From: an uncultured Chroococcidiopsis sp.
GTDB lineage: Bacteria > Cyanobacteriota > Cyanobacteriia > Cyanobacteriales > Chroococcidiopsidaceae
DNA: 64,000 bases
Direction of reading: 5' to 3'
NCBI GenBank assembly: GCA_964248365.1
Contig: CAXTYC010000006.1
Coordinates: forward strand, 96,001 to 160,000
The position numbers and the translations under genes are program-made. Every line of letters starts with the position of its first letter. The first letter of the stretch is position 1. Below are positions 43,062 to 52,435 of the stretch, one piece after another. The notes below the pieces were generated by a model. That model saw only the letters and a program-made list of their open reading frames with translations. It was not told the origin of the DNA and ran no database searches.

Positions 43062-43285
43062 AAATAAATTCTGAACTTTACTTTCTGTATTAAAACACCA
43101 TCTTCCATTGTATCTAATATTTAGGCATATTTTAGAGTGGAATTAGCTAGCATCGTAACGGGTATCTTCGCACTCCCCAGATTTCACCTTTTACTAAGGT
43201 TACATCAGTTACTTTGGCGACGCGATCGCTCCTTGGTTTGGTGTAAGCGTTTGTTAGCTTGGTGCTGACAACATTCGGATCAGTA

Positions 43286-43819
43286 TTAGTTGATCGCCAG
43301 GGCAAGAGCATCGAGTAGCGATTTGAGTGCTTGCGCTGTCGCGGGATCAGTAATCTCGCCCTTGTGATTGAGTTTAGCGGAAACAGCGGGAACGAGCATC
43401 GTTGCCCCTTCAACAATCTTCGCCGTCATAACTGCAAGCGTCTGCACGAGTGAGGAATGTGCCTTGTCGCCACCATCAGGCGAAGGAGAAGCACTAATGA
43501 CGGCGGTTGGTTTATTCACAAACTCACCCGAAGACACAAGCCAGTCGAGGGCGTTTTTGAGAACACCTGGTACACCGTGTGCGTATTCGGGCGTACATAT
43601 AAGTACGCCATGAGCTACCTTGAGGCTAGTGCGCCAATCCTCAACAGGGGCAGCAATGTTGTCGGTGTCAAGTTCGGGATTGAAGTGTGGGAGATTGCCC
43701 AACCCATCATAGATCGAGATATCCATGTTATCGGGAGCTAAACCAATCGCCGCGTGCAAGAGAGCCGTATTAGACGAATGGGCGCGAAGGCTGCCGGATA
43801 TGGCTAAAATTTTTATCAT
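43286..43819 (-). CDS. NADPH-dependent FMN reductase
   Basis: ILAISGSLR, TPEYAHGVPGVLKNALDW. Confidence 0.9.
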   Translation of the reverse strand: MIKILAISGSLRAHSSNTALLHAAIGLAPDNMDISIYDGLGNLPHFNPELDTDNIAAPVEDWRTSLKVAHGVLICTPEYAHGVPGVLKNALDWLVSSGEFVNKPTAVISASPSPDGGDKAHSSLVQTLAVMTAKIVEGATMLVPAVSAKLNHKGEITDPATAQALKSLLDALALAIN

Positions 43820-43948
43820 CTGGAAATTTCTTTGCTTAATTAAGTAGCTTCCCACTCATCCTTTGGTAGCGACAATTCCTTCTTGCAACGCTTACGCTTT
43901 CAGTTTTGAATTGTGTTGAGTTTCCCCTTTAACCTTTTCCCTTTCATC

Positions 43949-44638
43949 CTATGATGAAGCAGCACCAGGGGGAATCTCAGCCAATTGAGGCAAATTAGCA
44001 CTAGGGCATAAATCAGCAAGTAGACAGGCGTTGCAAGCTGGGGAACGTGCTTTACAGATGGCTCGACCGTGATAAACTAGCCGAATTGAAAAGTTTTCCC
44101 ATTCTTCTGACGGCAATAACGGTATTAAATCCCGCTCGATGAGGAGCGGATTTGTCTGCTTGGTCAATCCCAAGCGGTAACTAAGGCGCTTGACATGGGT
44201 ATCTACTGTCACTCCTGCGTTAATTCCAAAAGCATGACCTAGTACCACATTCGCTGTCTTTCGGGCTACTCCTGGTAATTGCAACAACTGGGGCATACTA
44301 GGCGGCACTTGACCGCCATATTGTTTCACCAAAATCTGACAAGCGGCTTGAATATTCTTTGCCTTATTGCGATAAAACCCAGTAGAACGAATTAGAGTTT
44401 CTATTTCTGCTGGGGGCGCATTTGCTAACGCAAAGGCATCAGGAAAACGGTTAAATAATGCGGGTGTTACCATATTCACCCGCTCATCTGTACACTGAGC
44501 CGAAAGCATAGTAGCCACCAGTAGTTGCACTGGTGTTTCGTAATTCAGGGTACATGGGGCATCTGGATATAGTCGCTTCAGACGAACTAAAATTTCCAGC
44601 GCCCGTTGTTTTTTAGCTGACCTAGGAGTAACGCTCAC
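43949..44638 (-). CDS. nth: Endonuclease III
   Basis: LSAQCTD, LPGVARKTANV HhH, VDTHVKR, C-X6-C-X2-C-X5-C; GTG start overlaps the rseP stop (GTGA). Confidence 0.95.
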   Translation of the reverse strand: MSVTPRSAKKQRALEILVRLKRLYPDAPCTLNYETPVQLLVATMLSAQCTDERVNMVTPALFNRFPDAFALANAPPAEIETLIRSTGFYRNKAKNIQAACQILVKQYGGQVPPSMPQLLQLPGVARKTANVVLGHAFGINAGVTVDTHVKRLSYRLGLTKQTNPLLIERDLIPLLPSEEWENFSIRLVYHGRAICKARSPACNACLLADLCPSANLPQLAEIPPGAASS

Positions 44639-45726
44639 TGGAACAGCTTTTGTATCCAAGGTAGATTGGCAGTGTCACGCACAATCAAGAAAATACCCAA
44701 ACCTAACAAGACCATTAGTCCGGTTTGCATCACACCGTCTTGAATCTTTGTAGGCAATGGTTTTCCTCGCAATCCTTCAATTAGCAAGAAGGCTAGTTGA
44801 CCACCATCTAAGGCTGGTAGAGGCAAAATGTTGATTAGGGCAAGGTTAATGCTAATTAGAGCAGCAAATTGAAATAGATTACCTGCGTTTGACTGTGCAA
44901 TGCTTGCTCCAATCTCGACAATTTTGACCGGGCCTGCTACTTGACTGGCTGTTTGACCAAAGTTGCTAATTAGCTGTACAAACCCTTGACCTGTGAGAAC
45001 GGCGATCCGCTGGAATTCACTTGCCCCTTGACTAAAAGCTTGGAGTATGTTATCAGCGCGGCGGCGTTCTGGCTTGCCATTCGGAAAAAGCTGGACACCG
45101 ATCCGACCCATCCCATCAGGTCCCAAATCTGGTGTCACTCTCAAAGAAAGTGTTTGATTATCCCGTTGAATTTTTAGTGTTAGCGGTTGGTTAGGATGCT
45201 CTTGAATTACTTGCCTAACAAATGGCAGCGACGAGGGAGAAGCATCTAGTGTTTTGCCATCGACGGCTAAAATTATGTCTCCAGGTTTAATGCCAGCCTT
45301 AACAGCGGCAGAACTTACTTCTGTGGCTACTGTGGGTATTAGTACACCAGGCAGAGGTTTTAATTCCTGTACACCTATTGTTCCTATTTGCGCTACTAGG
45401 AGGAAGTAAGCAAAAATGAGATTGGCGATTACTCCGGCACTAATTACGATCGCGCGATCGAGAACGGGGCGGTTGCGTAAAAGATTGGGGTCATTAGGAG
45501 GAATATCGCTGTCGGGATCATCATCGGGGAAGCCGACATAACCACCCAGAGGAATGGCGCGGACAGCATACTCGGTTTCTGGTCCTTGGTATTTCCACAA
45601 AACTGGACCAAAGCCAAGGGAAAAACGATTGACATGAATCCCTTGAGACCTTGCTGCGATGAAATGCCCCAGTTCGTGTACCACGATCAAAAGGGCTAAA
45701 ACTGAAATCGCTGCCAAAACTGACAT
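44635..45726 (-). CDS. rseP: RIP metalloprotease RseP
   Basis: HELGH, PLGGYV, PDZ domain, NILPLPALDGG. Confidence 0.95.
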   Translation of the reverse strand: MSVLAAISVLALLIVVHELGHFIAARSQGIHVNRFSLGFGPVLWKYQGPETEYAVRAIPLGGYVGFPDDDPDSDIPPNDPNLLRNRPVLDRAIVISAGVIANLIFAYFLLVAQIGTIGVQELKPLPGVLIPTVATEVSSAAVKAGIKPGDIILAVDGKTLDASPSSLPFVRQVIQEHPNQPLTLKIQRDNQTLSLRVTPDLGPDGMGRIGVQLFPNGKPERRRADNILQAFSQGASEFQRIAVLTGQGFVQLISNFGQTASQVAGPVKIVEIGASIAQSNAGNLFQFAALISINLALINILPLPALDGGQLAFLLIEGLRGKPLPTKIQDGVMQTGLMVLLGLGIFLIVRDTANLPWIQKLFQ

Positions 45727-45819
45727 AGAAAAATTTAATCTAATTCAACATTTCTTTAATTCTACAAAGCTGTCAGCTATTAGCTGTCAGTCAACAGACA
45801 GGAAAAAGGCAGCAAGGTC

Positions 45820-46010
45820 TGAAGGATGAAGGTTGAAGGTTGAAGGATGAAGGGAAAAGGGAAAAGGGAAAAAGGATAAAGGATAAAGGATAAACGGAAA
45901 TGGGATTGCGGGAAAAGGGAAAGAATTAAATATTCACTCCTCCACAACTCCACAACTCCACAACTCCAGCTCCACAACTCCTGACTTCTGTCTTCTGACT
46001 CCAGGCTCCT
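45820..46010. repeat. STRR tracts (TGAAGGA/GAAAAGG/ACAACTCC-type)
   Basis: Tandem 7-8-mers between rseP and serS. Confidence 0.8.
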
Positions 46011-46107
46011 GAGTTCTACCCTTGGGGAACGCTCCCTTGTACATCCTAGCCGGCGGCAACGCGCTTGCGTTCATCCTTCGCGCCTTCATCCTTCACTCTT
46101 CGCACCT

Positions 46108-47394
46108 TCATCCTTTAGATAGCACCTCATGCCCTAGATAGGATTGCAGTGCTTCTGGTATCCGTACTGTCCCATCGGGTTGTTGATAATTTTCCAGAAT
46201 TGCTGCCATTGTGCGACCGACAGCCAAGCCAGAACCATTGAGCGTATGGACAAAAGATGTTCCCTTCTTGCCAGGTTCCTTGAATCGAATACTACCACGT
46301 CTGGCTTGAAAATCCATGCAGTTGGAACAGCTGGAAATTTCTCGGTATTTACCAGATGAAGGCAACCACACTTCTAAGTCATAACTCTTGGCGGCTGCAA
46401 AGCCTAAATCGCCTGTACACAACTCTACCACACGGTAGGGCAACTGCAATGCTTGTAAAATTGCCTCTGCATTCTCGACTAACTTTTGATGCTCTTGTTC
46501 CGAAGTGTCGGGATGGACAAATTTATACAATTCGACTTTGTTAAACTGATGTAGTCGAATCAAACCGCGTGTATCTCTGCCATAGCTACCAGCTTCGCGG
46601 CGAAAACAAGGAGTATAAGCACAGTGGTAGATGGGCAATTCTTCCGCCGCTAGAATTTCACCTCGGTAGAGATTGGTGATCGGCACTTCTGCTGTAGGAA
46701 TCAGCCACAAATCATCCAACGCGCACTTAAAGCTTTCGTCGGCAAACTTGGGCAGTTGACCGGATGCCGTCAAAGACTGGGTATTAACTAAAATTGGGGG
46801 TATTACCTCTACATACCCAGCGGCGATTTGGCGATCGAGCATAAACTGAATCAAAGCCCGTTCCAAAGCAGCGCCAGATCCTATAAGTGTGACAAAGCGG
46901 CTTTGAGCAATTTTGGCAGAGCGCTCAAAGTTGAAAATCCCCAGTTTTTCGCCAATTTCCCAGTGGGGGATAATATTAGCATTTTCAGGAATATATTCAT
47001 CACCCCAGCGACGTATTTCTACATTTTCTTCCTCACTTTTACCGATGGGTGTGGAGTCACCAGGTAAGTTGGGAAGTGCGAGTAGAAGTTTTTCGATAGA
47101 GGCTTTTAGTTCTTTTTCCTGGGGTTCGAGTTCGCTAATTTGAGATTTGATAGCATTACCTTCATCTCGCAGTTGCTCAATTTCTGGGTGGTTGGGATTA
47201 GTGCCAGATTTGATTTTTTGTCCAACAAGTTTACCAATTTCGTTGCTTCTGGCTTGGAGTTGCGATCGCTTACCTTCGAGTTCCCGTTGTTGCCGATCCA
47301 ACTGTAAAATCGGTTGAATGTCATAATTACCCCGACTGTTCAACCGCTCTTGCACCGTTTGCGGATTTTCCCGTATTTGTTTTAGATCCAGCAC
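46108..47394 (-). CDS. serS: Serine-tRNA ligase
   Basis: [48 protein letters not shown]. Confidence 0.98.
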   Translation of the reverse strand: MLDLKQIRENPQTVQERLNSRGNYDIQPILQLDRQQRELEGKRSQLQARSNEIGKLVGQKIKSGTNPNHPEIEQLRDEGNAIKSQISELEPQEKELKASIEKLLLALPNLPGDSTPIGKSEEENVEIRRWGDEYIPENANIIPHWEIGEKLGIFNFERSAKIAQSRFVTLIGSGAALERALIQFMLDRQIAAGYVEVIPPILVNTQSLTASGQLPKFADESFKCALDDLWLIPTAEVPITNLYRGEILAAEELPIYHCAYTPCFRREAGSYGRDTRGLIRLHQFNKVELYKFVHPDTSEQEHQKLVENAEAILQALQLPYRVVELCTGDLGFAAAKSYDLEVWLPSSGKYREISSCSNCMDFQARRGSIRFKEPGKKGTSFVHTLNGSGLAVGRTMAAILENYQQPDGTVRIPEALQSYLGHEVLSKG

Positions 47395-47498
47395 AGATTT
47401 TTCTTAGCCTCACAAAAGGGGCTTTTAACAACACATGATCAACACATCAGAATATATTTTAGGGTAGTAATCCTTTGCAGGTGCGATCGCCCAGGCTA

Positions 47499-48080
47499 TT
47501 ACTTATTGATCCGATTGAGTAGCCACAGCGAAGCGACAAGCCCTGCAAAGTGGGCAAAAACGATGTTAGTATTTGCCTGAATCGCAAACATATCTAACCC
47601 AGTGATCCAAGCTGAGTTTCCTTGTTGTGGTACAAGCAAAGGGGATTGCGGTTGAGATATAGCCCTGGCAGCAAAAGTACCAACAATTGCTTGTGCGCCC
47701 AACAAAGTCAACAGTATTCCCACCAAATTTACTAGTATTCCCAAGCGCAGGACTTGAATTGTTTCAATTTTGCGAGGACGATTGACAGGATTAGATGATT
47801 GTAGTTGATTGCCAACTCTGGTATAGCGGAAAGCCAAATAAATGCTGACACCAAGACTTACCAGTCCACAAATTGCCAAAAAGACACCAAATCCAGTTCC
47901 TGGATTGTTCCCTGAAGTGCCAGTTCTCTGACCAAAGACGGCGAATACCAGCAAAATTACAGCCGAAACAACACCTAATACCAACTGAATCCAGAAACCA
48001 ATCCAGCCTGTGAGGCGAAACGCCTTGGCGATCGCTTGCAGCGATGAAGGAGGTGATTTGGCTTCCGATCTATCAAACAT
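47499..48080 (-). CDS. DUF3611 family membrane protein
   Basis: GWIGFWIQLVLGVVS and LDMFAIQANTN..AHF; start ATG 48080 (the upstream extension is STRR-derived). Confidence 0.75.
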   Translation of the reverse strand: MFDRSEAKSPPSSLQAIAKAFRLTGWIGFWIQLVLGVVSAVILLVFAVFGQRTGTSGNNPGTGFGVFLAICGLVSLGVSIYLAFRYTRVGNQLQSSNPVNRPRKIETIQVLRLGILVNLVGILLTLLGAQAIVGTFAARAISQPQSPLLVPQQGNSAWITGLDMFAIQANTNIVFAHFAGLVASLWLLNRINK

Positions 48081-48517
48081 ATTTATCCCCAGTGTGCATC
48101 CCTTACATAAATTCTTATCACAATTAGTAATTGGTAAATGGTAATTGGTAGTTGGTAGTTGGTGAAAGGGGAAAAGGGAAAAGGGAAAGGGGAAAGGGAA
48201 AAGGTAAAAGGGAAAAGGGAAAAGGGAAATTAATGATTTTCCCCCCTGCTCCCCTGCCAAAGTGCTCCCCTGCCAAAGTGCTCTCTTTTCTAGCCCCTAG
48301 TCACTAACTAACGGCAAGATTCTAATTAATTTTAAGTGAAGGGGAGCAGACATATAGAGACTAACCGTATAAAATTGCCTAAATCGCATTTCTAAGGAGA
48401 GTATTTAATAAACAAGAGCGATCGCTACCGATAGCTTGTAAAAGCAAGTTAAATTACCAACTACTCACCACAAGTCCTTTTTTATTTCCAAAAATTAGGA
48501 ATTAGTAGGTTAAACCT

Positions 48518-48865
48518 ATGAGACTTGAGGATATTTATCAGTTTTTTCAAAATCCTCCTCCGACTTATTTAAGCCAGGAACTAGCTGTATGTTACGTTTT
48601 GTCTGTCTTGTTAAAGGGGGAATCTTACGGTACAGAGCTAATTCAAAAACTAGAGAGTGAACACCCCCATTATCGGCTTTCTGATACTGTGCTGTATACT
48701 GCGCTCAAATTTCTGGAAGACGAAAAGGCAATTATCGGTTATTGGAAGAAAGTTGAAGGACGTGGGCGACCTAGGCGGATGTACCAAGTTAGCGAACAAT
48801 GGCAGCCACAAGCTCAAAATCTCGCTCGTCTTTGGCAGGAATACATTAACAAGGTGGTTAATTAG
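48518..48865 (+). CDS. pex: PadR-family circadian period extender Pex
   Basis: EDIYQFF.NPPP.YL..ELAVCYVL, ESYGTELI, YRLSDTVLY.ALKFLE, GRGRPRRMY. Confidence 0.85.
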   Translation: MRLEDIYQFFQNPPPTYLSQELAVCYVLSVLLKGESYGTELIQKLESEHPHYRLSDTVLYTALKFLEDEKAIIGYWKKVEGRGRPRRMYQVSEQWQPQAQNLARLWQEYINKVVN

Positions 48866-48970
48866 TTATTCCTCTTGGGGACAACATTATTTAGTTAGTG
48901 AGGAAACCCATAACCCACGAAGAACAAAGCTCGACCCACGTTAGAAGAGTCAATTCCGAATTACGCTCTT

Positions 48971-51900
48971 TCAATTGGAAATTGTTTTGGTTACTTTAAA
49001 AGTAGCTATTTTCCAAGGTGAAATGCTAAAGGCTTGCTCACTTGGCGTTTGGGCAGCTGTGAGTGATGTCTGACTAACAGGCTCCTCGCTTTGCGCGTCT
49101 TGGCATTTACGCTCTAGTAGATCAACCCGATGGTCTATGCGGTAGCCTAAATCACTTTGTAAAGATAACTGGGCAGTTTCTCCTAGAGATTCATAGCAGC
49201 GCAAAATAAACTGCCCAGTTTCATCTTCTGATTGCTTAAACGCCATTAAAATTAAATTTTCAGATGATAAATCTAGCAAGCTGCTCACAGGTGGCATCTG
49301 ACCTGATGAGGTAGACACGGGTGGAAGTAGCATAGCTTGCAGTGGTAGATTTAGTTCATAGCCACGTCGAACTGTGTGGGCTGATTGCCAAGTACCACCA
49401 TGAGGATACAGGGCATAGGTAAACTCATGCATTCCCCTATCTGCACCTGGATGGGGCCAGTTAGAACTTCTTAACAGTGTTAGGCGTAATTGATTTGGTT
49501 GACTGTCATAACCATATTTACAATCATTGAGCAAACTTACACCGTAATCATCTGTACTCAAGTCAGCCCATTGCAGGGCGGGAACTTCCCATTTTGCTTT
49601 CTGTGCCGGAGTTTGTGGTCGAGTTGGTCTTTGAATAGCACCACAGGGAATTTCGTAGGTAGCATATTCCGACTCTAGGTTTAGGGGAAAAGCAGCTTTC
49701 ACCAATACATGACTTTCTTGCCAGTCAACAGTTGTTTTGATTTTGAGGACAGCAGACCCTGTTTCTAAAATGTAATCTTGCCAAAACTTTGACTGACCAA
49801 TTTTTCGCACTACACTGACGCGAGTTTGCAATACTTCTCGTTCCCGATATTGGATATTTATTAGCTGGGCAGGTGGTAAGGGATGCTGAGCATAATTTGG
49901 GTCAATGTTCCATGCATCCCAGTATTGCCCACTGTCTTGAAAGGCTTGGAGTTGATTACCCGCACCACTCAAAACTTCGCGTTGATGAGTTTTGTCAAAT
50001 ACGCTTGACAAATCGCCTGTTGCAGGATCTACTGTGACACGTAAATACTCATTTTCTAATACAAATTCTGCACTGGGTGCAGAGGCTTTTAAGGAAGGTT
50101 TACCAGGACACAACCAAAAGACTCGATAACCACAAGCAGGAATATCTTTTGCCAAGAAAGAAAGTAATATTGTGGATTGGCTAGATGATTTTGGTTCGCT
50201 CAAACCCACTTGAGACGGTAATTCATCTCCATCTAGGTTGTAGATTTGCAAGTCAAAAGAAGGCTCATTTGTAAGTTCTTTGAGTGAAATTTCAACGACT
50301 TGTGAAATCTCCCAGTTAAGAGAGTTAAAGACAAAAATCGGCTGTGCGTGTGGTGATGGAGGTGTGGGGAGAGAAACCCCAGTTGCGATCGCTCTCAACG
50401 ACTGCTGTAATATATCCGTTGCTGTTTGTTCCACCTCCTGCCAAGCTTTATTTGCCTCTACATAAACGGGGGCAATGGCAGAACCTGGTAAGATGTCGTG
50501 AAATTGGTTAAATAAAACTTTCTTCCAAGCAGCTTCTAACTGTTCTTGAGGGTAGGCTAATTGGGTACTCAACGTAGCCAAACTGGCGAAAAGTTCAGCT
50601 TGATACAACAATCCTTCACAGCGACGATTCCAGCGCTTTTGCCGCCCATGAGTAGTGTAACAGCCGCGATGAAATTCTAGATATAGTTCATCTTGCCAGG
50701 TGGGGAAGAGAGCTGAGGGAGAGTCGGGAGCTGGGGGAGCTAAATTTATAGCCTCTGGCCTCTCGCCTCTGGCCTTGATTTGCTGCAAATATTCCAGGGC
50801 GGTAGTAAATTCTAATTTTGGGAAGAAGGGGGATTGTTGCCAACGTCGGGCGACTTCGAGCATATCGCGGGTGGGACCGCCGCCGTGATCGCCAACACCA
50901 GGGAGCCAGAGAGCTTGTTGTAGAAGAGTTTGGGTTTCCCAGTCACAGATATAGGATGCCATTTTTAGCGGGTCAATGCCTTCGCCAATCGGGGCAGACA
51001 TGAGACTAAATAACTCAGTACCGTCAGGAGAGCGCCACCAAAAAGCCCCATAAGGAAACTCGGTTGTGTCATTCCAGCGTAATTTTTGGGTAACGAAATA
51101 TTCAATTCCCGCATCAGCTAGAAACTGCGGCAGAGTAGCACAAAAGCCAAAACTATCTGGTAGCCATGCTACGAGCGAGATACTGCCAAATTTCTCTTGC
51201 ACGTAGCGCTGTCCATACAACAGATGACGCACAATCGATTCACCACCGATAGTATTCAGTTCTGGCTCTACCCACAAACCACCGACAAATTCCCAGCGTC
51301 CTGCTTTGACTTGTTGTTGAATAGCTGCAAATAAATCAGGGCGATGCTGTTCTATCCAAGCGTAAAGTGCAGGGGTGGAATGGCAAAAGGTTAGTTCGGG
51401 AAATTCCTGCTGGAGGTTGAGAACTGATGTAAATGTACGTTGTGCAGCTAACCAAGTTTCACCCACCTCCCATAGCCATGCTAAATCTAAGTGAGCATGA
51501 CCTAGCAAGAAAATTTTGGATTTTGGATTTTGGATAAGAGATTGAATCAGGTTGTGGCGGAGCGTATGAAGTGAAAGATCAAACTTTTGCCTATCGGCTA
51601 TTGCTGACCAATCAATGAATGCTACAATGTCTGCGAGGTTAGCCAATTTTTCAGGCTCAAAGGTTTCTAGAATGCGTTGCATGACTGCTAATTCATCAGC
51701 AACAAAGCCAGGTTCTGGAACATCCTCGGTTGATTCATAAACTAAGAGCGATCGCACCAATGCTCCTTCATCATGAGCTGGACTGACCAGTTTTAAAGCG
51801 ATCGTAATTTCTTCCCCTGGTGTAACCGATGGACTTAGCAGCACTCTAGTTGAGCAATCAAATAAATCTCCCTCTTGTACCAGTTGACCATTGACATAAA

Positions 51901-52276
51901 TCTGTGCTAAGTCTGCCCACCAAGTTAGAGCTAGCCGTAAGCACAAACCAGATAGAGGATAGCCCTGTAACTGGTGGGGAATTACCAACGTTTGCACCAA
52001 CCACAACACTCTTCCCCTTTCCCAAGCGATATGCCCTTTAGCATTCACAGATGTGGGGCTAGAGGCTAGAGGCAAGGGGCTAGAGGCAAGAGGCAAGAGG
52101 CTTTTCTCCCCCTCTCCCTCTTGCCCCCTTATCCCCAGAGGGGACCCCTTCCCCCTCTCCCCTGCTTCTGACCACCCTTGCCAGTTCTTCTGGATATCAA
52201 CTTGGGTACAAGAGCGTAGTCGGGCGATCGCGCGTGAAATTAAGTTCTGATCAGCTTGAGAAGCAGTCGAGTTCAT
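48971..52276 (-). CDS. Alpha-mannosidase (GH38)
   Basis: GHAHLDLAWLW, WLPDSFG, GVGDHGGGP, ELYLEFHRG, NQFHDILPGS. Confidence 0.93.
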   Translation of the reverse strand: MNSTASQADQNLISRAIARLRSCTQVDIQKNWQGWSEAGERGKGSPLGIRGQEGEGEKSLLPLASSPLPLASSPTSVNAKGHIAWERGRVLWLVQTLVIPHQLQGYPLSGLCLRLALTWWADLAQIYVNGQLVQEGDLFDCSTRVLLSPSVTPGEEITIALKLVSPAHDEGALVRSLLVYESTEDVPEPGFVADELAVMQRILETFEPEKLANLADIVAFIDWSAIADRQKFDLSLHTLRHNLIQSLIQNPKSKIFLLGHAHLDLAWLWEVGETWLAAQRTFTSVLNLQQEFPELTFCHSTPALYAWIEQHRPDLFAAIQQQVKAGRWEFVGGLWVEPELNTIGGESIVRHLLYGQRYVQEKFGSISLVAWLPDSFGFCATLPQFLADAGIEYFVTQKLRWNDTTEFPYGAFWWRSPDGTELFSLMSAPIGEGIDPLKMASYICDWETQTLLQQALWLPGVGDHGGGPTRDMLEVARRWQQSPFFPKLEFTTALEYLQQIKARGERPEAINLAPPAPDSPSALFPTWQDELYLEFHRGCYTTHGRQKRWNRRCEGLLYQAELFASLATLSTQLAYPQEQLEAAWKKVLFNQFHDILPGSAIAPVYVEANKAWQEVEQTATDILQQSLRAIATGVSLPTPPSPHAQPIFVFNSLNWEISQVVEISLKELTNEPSFDLQIYNLDGDELPSQVGLSEPKSSSQSTILLSFLAKDIPACGYRVFWLCPGKPSLKASAPSAEFVLENEYLRVTVDPATGDLSSVFDKTHQREVLSGAGNQLQAFQDSGQYWDAWNIDPNYAQHPLPPAQLINIQYREREVLQTRVSVVRKIGQSKFWQDYILETGSAVLKIKTTVDWQESHVLVKAAFPLNLESEYATYEIPCGAIQRPTRPQTPAQKAKWEVPALQWADLSTDDYGVSLLNDCKYGYDSQPNQLRLTLLRSSNWPHPGADRGMHEFTYALYPHGGTWQSAHTVRRGYELNLPLQAMLLPPVSTSSGQMPPVSSLLDLSSENLILMAFKQSEDETGQFILRCYESLGETAQLSLQSDLGYRIDHRVDLLERKCQDAQSEEPVSQTSLTAAQTPSEQAFSISPWKIATFKVTKTISN

Positions 52277-52435
52277 AAATAATTCGTAATTAGGATCTTC
52301 GTACTTGTTGTTCCTATATTTCGATAGAATCAGGGCATCATTTGTAGTTTGTAATTTGTAAGCGTGTAAGCACGCAATTGCTGATTTTTAGACTTCAAAC
52401 TTCATACTTCTAACTTTATACTTCATACTTCGGCT

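Noticed and set aside
43147..43416. 89-aa ORF overlapping the FMN reductase 3' end
   Set aside because: No family resemblance; the region is better explained as a non-coding hairpin
48081..48260. N-terminal extensions in the ORF track (DUF3611; also trpE 19769-19858, urtB 7543-7623, psb34 11285-11344)
   Set aside because: They run through repeats, promoters or the upstream gene; downstream starts fit the family N-termini better
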